A stretch of DNA of 64,000 bases, from contig OZ038379.1 of NCBI GenBank assembly GCA_964036045.1, forward strand, positions 65,286,001-65,350,000, read 5' to 3'. Position numbers and translations under genes: made by a program. Below are positions 50,055 through 59,500 of the stretch, piece by piece. Under the pieces are notes generated by a model that had not been told where the DNA came from, searched no databases, and saw only the letters and a program-made list of their open reading frames with translations. Position 1 is the stretch's first letter, and each line of letters begins with the position of its first letter. This DNA is from Eutreptiella sp. 'Long Island Sound 2002' (lineage: Eukaryota > Protista > Euglenida).

Positions 50055-53000
50055 GCCCTCCCGTGCAGTTTTTGACAGTGGCAGGCCCAGTCTTGTCGGG
50101 CCGGCCCCCCTGTGGCGCTGCGAGAGGGTCCAGTCTTGCCAGGCCCACTCTTTCATTGCGCCGTCCCTCGCGCTCGGCGCACACTCCCTTTCCTGCCCCC
50201 CCCTGTGCGGGTGCCAGCCCCTCAACTGCAGCCGGGCCCAGTCTTGCCAGGCCCGGCATCTCTTGCCCCGTGCTCAGTGCACGCGCGCTGGCACGCGTGG
50301 CGGGCACGGCCTCCCTCCCCCCTGCCCAGGTCTGGCACCGGCGCCAGCACCACTAACCGGCCCGTTGTATGGGGGCCTAACCTCCTGTTTCCGGGGCGCG
50401 CCGGCCGGCCCGCCCGCGTGTTGGCTTCCGGCGACGGCACCGCCGACGCGAGCTGTCAGGGGCTGGCAGGGCACCCGCCCCCCCCCTCTTCTCTCCACAT
50501 CTGTTGCGGTCAGGGCGCGGTGCGCGCTCGCGCTGCAGCGTGCGCGGACGGGCGCGGCTGGTGCGGTGCGGCGACGTGCACCCCCATCCGGGGCCGCTGC
50601 GGGTGGCTGTTTCGAATGTCACTGCGCTGCGGCCCCACTGCCACACAGTCTTCGCATGGGAGGCTGATGTGGTGCTGCTTGGGGAAACCAGACTGACAGC
50701 CACAGGCCAGTCAGTCATGGCGCGTCTGGCCCGCAAAGCCGGCTGGCAGTCCTTCTGGGGCGCCCCATTGGAGTCGCGGGGCGGGGGCATTTGGGACTGC
50801 CCCCTCAGGCGGCACAGCGGTCCTCGTGCGACAGGGCCTGCCGGCGCGGCAGGTCATGCCGCCGGCGAAGGAGGGTGAGGACTCGCTGGCGACCGCCCTC
50901 TGGCACTCCACCAGGTGGTGGCACGTGCTGGTGGGCCTCGGCATGGGGGCGACGGTCCTCCATGCCCAAGCGGCGTACGGCGTGTCGGGCCAGCCGGCGC
51001 TGAATCGGGCCTTTTGGCAGCAGGCCCTGGACTATGCAGCGCGGCATGGGGCAGCGCCGCAACTGATCGGGGGGGACTTTAATTTCCCCCTCGATGACCT
51101 CCTGCAGGCGCCGCCCACGATGCAGGGGCTGCTGCTCACGCGGCGTCTGGTGGACGCCGACTCAGAGCTGGCCGCCACCGCGGGCCGCTCCCCCCTGTGT
51201 TCGTATGTTGGGGTGCGGGGAGGACGCCCCACCCGCATTGATGGGCTGTTGGTGGACACCCGCCTGGCAGCCCTGTTGCGCGGGTCAGAGGTGCTGCCGG
51301 CGTGCGGCATCCCGCACCGTCGCCCGGTGCGCTTCGACCTGCTCGCCCAGGGGGCGGTACAGAGTGTGGTCAAGCTCGTGCGCCTGCCCCGGGTGGTCAT
51401 TCCGCCCTTGCCAGAGGAGGAGCGAATTCCTCTGGTGCAGAGCCTGCTGGACCCCCTGGGGCCCCGGTGGCACGCGGAGCTGGCAGCCGGGGACGTGGAC
51501 CGCCTGTGGTCAACGTGGACCTGGGCGGCGGAGGAGACACTGCTGGCGCTCCCAGTCCCAGGGCTCCGGCCGGGCGCGGAGCTACCCGCGGCTCCCCCTA
51601 ATTACAAGAGGGGCAGGGGCACAGTGCGGCTGCTGAAGGGGGTGCGGCTGTGCCCCCGCCAGCGCCGCACAACGGGCGACCCGGTGGCCTGCCCAGAGGC
51701 ACGCTTGCAGGCAGTGCAGGGGTCACTGCGGACAGTTCTGGGCTGGCTGGAGCGCCCAGACCCGCGGCCGGGGGCGGCGCTGCGGCTGGTCATGGAGGCC
51801 TGGTACGCGCTGCAGCGGCGGCTGCAGCGCGTGCACGCGCTCGGGGACGAGTATGCGGCCCTGCAAGTGCCGGACCCGCCAGACCGGCTGCCTCCGGCGG
51901 CAGAGCTGCGTGGGCTGCGCACAGCCCTGCAGGGCCGCATCCGCACAGAGCGGCAGCGGGGGGACAAAGACCGCCTGCAGGCGTGGAGGGACTGGCTCGA
52001 TGAGGCCTGGTCCTCCAAGCAGGGCGCGGTCTATAAGTGGCTGAAGGGCGAAAGCTTCGCCCCGCCGGTAACCTTCCTGGTCCGGCCAGACGGCACGCCG
52101 ACGGCGAACCTGCGGGAGATGGACTCCCTGTTGCAGGATGCCTGGCGGCCCATCAACTGCAAGTATGCGGAAGCCGCGGAGCCGGACCCGGCAGAGTTTC
52201 TTCGCCGGTATGGGCGACACGTGAGGTGCATGCCCATGATCTCGGGGCCTCTGACCGGACGTCGGCTGCGGCGGGCCCTCATGCGGATGCATCCCTCCGC
52301 CCTGGGCCTGGATGGCTGGAGCCTCGAGGACCTGCGCGCGCTGCCGGACCAGCTCCTGGAGTGGCTGGCGGACCTCCTGCGGGAGGTGGAACGGCAAGGG
52401 CGGTGGCCGTTGCGCCTCGCCGAGGGCTACACGGCCCTCATCCCCAAGGAGGGCCCACCGGGGCCGCTGAACACGCGGCCCCTAACGGTCCTCCTCATGG
52501 TCTACCGCCTCTGGGCGGGGATCAGGTTGGAGGAGGCCATCCGCTGGCAAGAGGCCTGGGCGCACCCGTGTGCCTTTGGTTTCCGCCCGGCGCGGAGCGC
52601 CCTGGATGGCGCCACAGTGACCCAGGTTCTCCTGGAGCTGTGCCGCTTGAAGGGGTGGGCGGTGGCGGGGATGAGCATCGATTACGTCAAGTGTTTCGAT
52701 CTCATCCCCCAAGCCGTCGTCCTGGCCCTGGCGTTGGAGCTGGGCATGGACCCAGGGGTCGCAAGGGCCCTGGGGGCCATGGACAAGCAGCTCCGCCGGG
52801 CCTTCAAGGTGGCCGGGTGCTTGGGGGCGTGGTGGCGGGCCACCAACGGCATCCTGCAAGGCTGTCCCCTCTCCGTGATCCTGGTGAATGTCCTCACCAC
52901 GATCTGGAAGTGGGAGGTGGATGCCCTGCGGGAGCAGGTCTGCGTGGCCACAGCGACGCTGCCGCCGGCGCTAGTGGCGGCAGAGGCCGACAGTGAGTCG

Positions 53001-56000
53001 GACCAGGCGAGCCAACACAGCGACTCCGCGGAGGAGTCGAAGCTGCATCTGCGGCTGCAGGCGCAAGGCCCAGGGCTGGCGGCCTTGGGGGCGTCAGGCT
53101 ATGCCGACGACACACAGGCAGTGGCGCCAGGGACGGCAGCCCTCCAGCGGACCGCCCCCACGACGGAGGCGTGGCTCACCTTGACGGGGCAGGATGTCCG
53201 CGTGGACAAGTCCTGCTCCTGGTCGCAGGGGGAGGGGGGGGGCGCAGGCAGTGCTTTTACGCGGCCTCCCCATACCGGCAGCAGACTGCTTCCGCCAGCT
53301 GGGGGTGGACGTCGCAGTGGGCGGCGCCCGCAGCACGGGGCCGGTGCTCGCACGACGCTTGGAAGCCGGCCGCAGTGTGCTGCGGCGCCTCCCGCATCTC
53401 CCCACTTTTCAGCGGCGGGTGCACGCGGTCAGCACCCTGGTGACGCCGCTGTCGCTCCATGGGGTGGCCATCGCCCCTCGACGGACCGGGACCTGAAGGG
53501 CCTAGAGACCATGGTCCTGCAGGCGGTATGGGGGGCGACCAGGCTCTCCCGCGCCAAGGAAGTGGTCTTCGTGGTCCTGACGCAGGGCCACCGCATCTCC
53601 CCGGTGATGCACACCCGCTACGAGCGGGTGCTATGGATGACCCGGATTGCGCGCACCCCGGGGCCCGTGCAAGTCCTGGTGCAGGCCATCTGGGAGAGCG
53701 GCCTCCGACCCCCGACGAAAGGGCCCTTCGGGCGCGCCCTGCACGTGGTCCGCCTGCTGGGCTGGCAACCACTGGAGGGCTGGTGGTCATGGATTGTGCC
53801 GGGCCAGACGGAGCCGCTGCACTTGGTGCAGGAGCCCATGCGGCAGATCTAGCACAGGGTGCGGGACAGCCTGCGCTGTCATGCCATGCGCGGGCTGGAG
53901 GCCCGCCGCCCGGCGACTTATGGCGGACTGGGGGACGGGGTAGACGGGGAGGCCTGTCGCGCGGCACTCCGGGTAGCATCCACGGAGCTGTAGGCCTCGC
54001 TCCTTCGGGGCTTGTTGGCAGGGGCGCTGTGGACGGCGGCCCGCGTGCGCGGGCACAACATGCGGGCCACGTCGAGCTGCCCCGGCTGCGGCTCACAGCA
54101 CGAGGATGAGGCGCATGCACTCTGGGACTGCCCGTCGTGGGAGACCGCCAGAGCACGGTGGCGCGCATGGGTCTTGCAGGCGGCGGAGCGCCTGCAGCTG
54201 GGCCCACCGACGGGCTGGCCGGCATGCCTGCGGCGCGCGGGCCTGCTACCCTTGGCCCTGTCCGCGGGGGCGGACCACTGGCAGGTGGATGAATTCCTGT
54301 ACAGGCTGTACGGGATGTACCTCGCGGTGCTCGCGGCCAGATACGCCCACACCCGCTCGGGGGAGCAGGGGCAGGGCGAGGCCCTCTTCCCGCGGCGCCC
54401 GGCGCCGGGCGGCAAGGGGGGATACCCGTGGCAGGACCTGAGCGGTCCCCTGCCGCAGCTGCCGGCGGCACCGGCAATGCGACTCCGCCCAGGCGTCCCG
54501 CCGGGGCGGCCGTGGGAGCCGGCGTTCGCCCAGGACCTGGTCCGCTGGGCAGCGTCCCTCCGGTGGCAGGACGGCCCAGGGGACGTCATCTGGGCAGAGC
54601 TGGCCTTGGACTGCGAGACGTTCCTGGGCCGGGCCCTTCCGGCGTCCCCCCACCATCGGTTGCGGGGGATGCGCCTCCCGCTCGGCGAGCGCGCGCAAGT
54701 CCTGCGGCAGGCCGCGCGGCTGTTGCAGCGCCACATGGCGGCAGGGCGCTTCCTGCAGGGGGCTCCCAGTGACCACTCGTACCGCTCGGGGGCCGCCTGT
54801 GTGCGGGGCTGCGGGCGCGGCCGTTCTTCGCGGCTAGGGCGGACATGGCACTGCAGCTGCAAGGCTTGGCCCTGCATCTGCAGGAAGCGTGGCTGCAACG
54901 CCTGCGCACGCCAGCCCGCATCCGGCCGGGGGGGGCGACACGCTTCCTCATGACCTATTTCCCCCGCCCCCCGGGAGGGGGGCCAGCACTGCTCCCCTAC
55001 GCTCGCCGGCCGCGGCGGGAGCACGTCCCGGGGGTCGCCCGGGTGGAAGAGCAGCGCCCGCGGCGGCAGGGCGAGGGCAGAGGGTCGGTGGGGGCCCGGT
55101 GCGCGCAACATGGCTCGCCCTCGTGCCGCCGCTGCCTGCAGCTGGGCTGGGGAATCAGCCGGTGCTGCCGCGCGGGGCACGAGGGGCACACGGCGCCGGG
55201 GCAGGCGCCCCCCCAGCAGCGACGGGCACCAGGCCGGCAGGTGCTGGCACCGGCGGCCCGCCAGGCGGGGGCAAGCGCGCTCTCGGCATGGATGGGGCGG
55301 GCCAGACCGGCGTCCGCAGCGCTGCCGGCGCCAGAGAGGCCCTCGCAGCGCGCCCGGAGGTTGGAACCGCGGCGGCTGGCCCGGCAGGCGCCCTCGCCTG
55401 ACCGCGACGTGGTGCCCGCGTCCCGACGTGCGCGCAGAGCGAGCCCGCCGCGCCCGGCGTTGACAGATGACCCCCCCCCCTCCTTCCCCACAGGGGACAG
55501 CCGCACTGGGGCTGCAGGATGTTTTCTGCGGCATTTCAGCTGCCCTGCTGGCACAGGGGGGCAGGCGACCCCGCCCCCATTGCGGACCCGAACCCCCCCC
55601 CCTCCCCACAGGGCAGGCAGGGCAGGCAGGTCAGGCAGGGCCGGGTGCAGGGGCACAGGGAACGGCGAACGGTGCACAGCACCAGGGAGCATCACCAGCA
55701 CAGCGTGCAGCGCACAGCGCACAACACCACGACAGTGCACATGCCCTGCCAGCACAGAGCACGGCACACAGTACACCACAGGATGCAGCACACAGTGCAC
55801 CACAGGGTGCATCGCACAGTGCACCACAGGATGTAGCGCACAGAGCACCACAGGATGCAGCACGCAGCACAGCGCACAGTGCAGCACACAGTGCAGCACA
55901 CAGCACAGCACGCAGTGCAGCGCACAGCACAGCGAATACAGCACGCAGTGCACCACCGGATGTAGCACACAGCACAGCGCACAGTGCAAGCGCAACACAC

Positions 56001-56464
56001 AGTGCGGCACACAGTACAGCACACAGCGCAGCACACAGTGCAGCACACAGCGCAACACACAGTGCGGCACACAGTGCAGCGCACAGCACAGCACACAGTG
56101 CAGCACACAGTGCAGCACGCGCGGCACGCCATGCGCAGGGCCCAGGACGACCGGGGCCCCTGCGCCAGGCCACACTATTCTCCATGGGGCTGCCAGTGCG
56201 GCAGCCCCCGCCGACGCATCGCCCCCCTGGGGCGCTTGACGCCGTAGCGCCGGCGTCCCCTGGGGGAATGTCCATGCCTAACCTGGCGCACGGGAGGGCG
56301 AGCTCGGAAGAGACATAGTCTTGACCGACTCGTCCCTCTGTTCCGCCGTGCACCACAGGCGGGGGGCAATCAGCCCGGGGGAAGGCGCAGAACTCAGAGA
56401 TCGGCCCTTTCCCCCCAGCCCCTCGACCTCTGTACACAGGCTCATGGACAGTAAAAGCGCAATA
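50055..56464 (+). mobile_element. APE-type non-LTR retrotransposon (LINE), 5'-truncated and inactivated; ORF2 = APE endonuclease - RT - CCHC zinc finger - long C-terminal extension
   Basis: APE motifs (VSNVT, LLGETR, LIGGDFN, PTRIDG, PHRRPV) at ~50600-51350. RT motifs SALGLDGW, LIPKEG..NTRPLTV, FGFRP, SIDYVKCFD, GILQGCPLS and GYADD at ~52270-53110. Zinc finger CPGCGSQHEDEAHALWDC at ~54077. Frameshifts near 50800 and 53240, stops at 53850 and 53990. Bounded by the direct repeat ccctctttatgtgtttttca (50035-50054, 56465-56484). Confidence 0.93.
55670..56120. repeat. GCACA/CAGCACACAGTG low-complexity minisatellite inside the LINE 3' region
   Basis: Dozens of cagcacacagtg-like units, absent from the homologous region of the truncated copy (49250-49650). 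Confidence 0.9.
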
Positions 56465-56599
56465 CCCTCTTTATGTGTTTTTCACCCTGTTTGGGTGTGT
56501 TGGGGTGAGGGGGGGCTCCTAAGGGGGCCGGGGCACAACTTCCTTATGCAGCTTTCGAGGCTTGGCAGCTCAAAAATGGAAATCTTTATGTGTTTTTCA

Positions 56600-59500
56600 T
56601 GCCGACCTTCGTCGGCTCCACATTGGAGCCTTTGGGAAGGACCACGCGTGGCGGCACCTGAGGCCGCTCATGGGGGCAGTCCTGCCCCACCCCCCGCCCA
56701 TGTAGGCCGCGGTCCGGGGTTCGATGGTCGAGGTCTTCACCGACCTCCCCTCGTCCGTGGCCCCGCTGGTGATGCGCGCCAGCGGCAAGGCCCGGGGGGT
56801 GCACTTCCGGCCCTGGATCGTCACGGGCGCGGCCTTCCAACACCCCGCGTACGTGCTGTGGTTCAAGCAGCCACCGGAGCGGTGCGGGCCCTCCCCGGAG
56901 GCCTGGAAGACCCTCGCCGAGGACGGGGAGCTCCTCTCCATGTTCGCGGGGCTGGTGGACGGGGGCGCCCCCGGCAACGTGGGGGTCCGCGTCTGGGGAG
57001 CCAAGCCGGTGGACCCCAAGGTGGTGGCGCACATCGCCAACCTGCTGGGTGCCCCGGCCCCAGCGAAGACCACGTCCGTGCGTGTCCGGGGCTACCCCGC
57101 GCAACTGGGCCTGGCGGTGGACGAATATGCGCAGCTCCGGCGCTACGCCCAGGAGGCGTTCCGGCTAGAGGTGCCCATCCGCGTCCACCGCTGCACCCAG
57201 CTGGCCCACAGCACCCTCGACCGCCAGGTCTTGGACCTGGAGCTGGAGGGGGTGCCTGAGGACTGGCAGGGGGTGCGACTGGGTGCGCCCGACACCCGCC
57301 TCCCAGACCGGACCTGGGAGCGGACCACCCGCAGCTCCCGTCACGGACGCTACCAGCCTCTGGGGCCCAGGGCCCGGATGACACGCCCGCAAGGACCTGA
57401 CGTCGCGCAGCAGCAACTTGCGGACGCCCAAGACGCACCGGACCACACGGGGGACCTGGCCATGGCCAATGCGGAGCCGGCCGTTGTCGACGTCGATGAG
57501 GAGGACGAGGACATTCTTTGATGTTCTTGGTCCTCCTCTTCCTGACCCTCCTGCACGCGGTGGACTGCCCTGGATGGCAGCCCGGAACGGGGGCCATAAC
57601 CCACGGGGGGTGGACGGAGCGACCCCGAGCTCCGGCCTCCTGCCGGACGCACCCGGTGACAACGGCGGTGGCGACAGCGGCGGTACCAGCCCCGGCGCCC
57701 CCCCCCCCAGGGGAGGCACCAGGGACCGGATCCCCGAGCCGGCCGGAGTGTGTCTACACATCCACAGCCCACGAGGGTGCCCCGGCGCGAGGCGATGGCC
57801 CTGGGTCCTCTTTGGGGGAGGGGTGCAGCCCGGGCAGTGGCGAGGGTCCCCACACGGCAGTGGGGGGTTGGCAGTACAACAGGTACAACAGGGGGCACAG
57901 CCGCCGCGGCACTGCGGCTCCCCCTCTCACCGGGTGCGGCCGGCGTGGCGGCCGGCGGACTCCCCCTCCCCCCCGCCCCCCCCCCCGAGGGAAATGGAGC
58001 CTGGGGGGCAGCCCGGGAACGAGCACAGCCTGTCGGGGGGCCGACAGCTGCGGGGGGCCCGCTAGCTCCCGACACCGAGGGGTCCTTGCCCCAACTTGCG
58101 GACCCCGGAGCGCACAGCGGCCGTGCAGCGAACCGAGACCCCCTGCAAGCAAGGGGCGGCCTACCCGCCGCAACTGACCAGAGCCAGCGAACGCGCCATG
58201 GCGGGGGGGGCGGCAGCGGACTAGATCGCTTCGGTGCCCTGCTGGACACGCCCGGCGCGGGTGGTGGTGGGCACGGCGCTGGTACCAGCCCCAGCAACCC
58301 CCCCCCTGGTGTGGCCCCAGTGTCCGGACCCCCGACCGGGCTGGAGGGTGTCTATACGCCCACAGCCCACGAGGGCGCCCCAGGGCCAGGTGATGGCACT
58401 GGGTCCCCCCCGGGGGCGGAGGCCGGCCCGGGCTGTGGCACGGGGCCCCACGCTACAGTGGGTGGTAGGCGGTACAACACGGGGCGCAGCCGCCGCGGCA
58501 CTGCGGCTCCCCCTAGCGCCGGGCGTGGCCAGGACGGTGGCCGGGGCACCCCCCCTCCCCCCACCCGCCCCTCCCCCTCCCCCTCCTCCCAGCCCCCCCC
58601 CCCCCCCCGCAGGGGCGGCGGAAGCCAAGGGACCCGGCGGGCAACACGCGCTACCTACCCATGGAGCCAGGGGGGCGGCCTTGCGCGGGCGCCAGCGCCT
58701 GCCCTTCCGCGCGCCCGCGGCGGCACGCCGCTCCCCCCGGCGCCGCCCCCTCCGCCGCCCGGCGCGCCCGCCCTCGGATCGGGACCGGGGCCGACAGCCT
58801 GACCCTGGCGTAGCGGGACCTGAGCCGACGGCTACCCTACAGGCATGCCTCGCTGCGCCACTGACCTCCCGCCCTGCACCCTAAGACCGGCGATGGGCAG
58901 ACCTCTGCGGGGGGTGGGGGCTGACTCCCTTCCCCCCCACCGGCTCAGGCTCCCGCACAGGGACGCCCCCCCCCCCCTCCGGTGCTGGGCCTTCCCCCCC
59001 CCTCCTTTTCTTAAGGTGCCGGGACGTCGAGCCCCACCCACGCCCCATGCGCGTCGCGCTGGCGAACGTCACGTCCCTGCGCCTGCATTGGCACACGGTC
59101 GCTGACTGGCGGGCGGACGTGGTGCTGATCACGGAGACCCGCCTAACGGCGGTGGCGCAGCGGGTGATGCGCGCGCAAGCCGGGGCGTCGGGCTGGCAAG
59201 CGTTTTGGGGGGCGCCCTTGGAGTCCCGTGGGGGGGGCATCTGGGATGCGCCGGCAGGGGGGGTGGGGATCCTGGTGCGCCAAGGCATCCCAGCCAAGCA
59301 ACTACTCCCCCCCAAGGGGGCGCCCCGCACCGAGTCGGACGCCTTGGCCCAGACACTCTTGCACTGCACCCGCTGGTGCCACGTCGTGGTTGGATTGGGC
59401 CGGGGGGCGGATACCCTGCACGCCCAGGTGGCGTACGGCGTTTCGGCCCAGCCGGCCCTCAACCGCACCTTCTGGGACCCCGCCACCCGGTATGTGGCGC

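Larger units (their letters stand above)
48310..56599. repeat. ~190-bp satellite units (48310-48560, 49655-50054, 56465-56599) interrupted by three LINE insertions
   Basis: The unit tatgtaaagcatgttttagcccctctttatgtgtttttcaccctatttgggtg-G(n)-...aaaaatggaaa...atcc recurs. The core motif is at 48348, 48541, 49655, 49843, 50035, 56465 and 56583, with spacing 188-193 bp where uninterrupted. Confidence 0.9.

Noticed and set aside
54050-54900. Second, restriction-like endonuclease after the CCHC finger (Dualen/R2-like) to explain site specificity
   Set aside because: No RH[DN] or PD…(D/E)xK motif is seen in either copy.
54845-56437. Long overlapping ORFs (464, 392, 283 and 268 aa) rich in Cys-Ser-Thr-Gln or Ala-His-Ser
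   Set aside because: They are translations of the GCACA minisatellite and GC-rich LINE 3' sequence, which lack stops by composition.
56600-56680. Run of small hairpins at the 5' end of the second LINE, suggesting an HDV-like ribozyme as in L1Tc/R2
   Set aside because: I could not assemble the nested double pseudoknot. The region also reads as a continuation of ORF1 (ADLRRLHIGAFGKDHAWRHLRPLMG), so the element appears 5'-truncated here.
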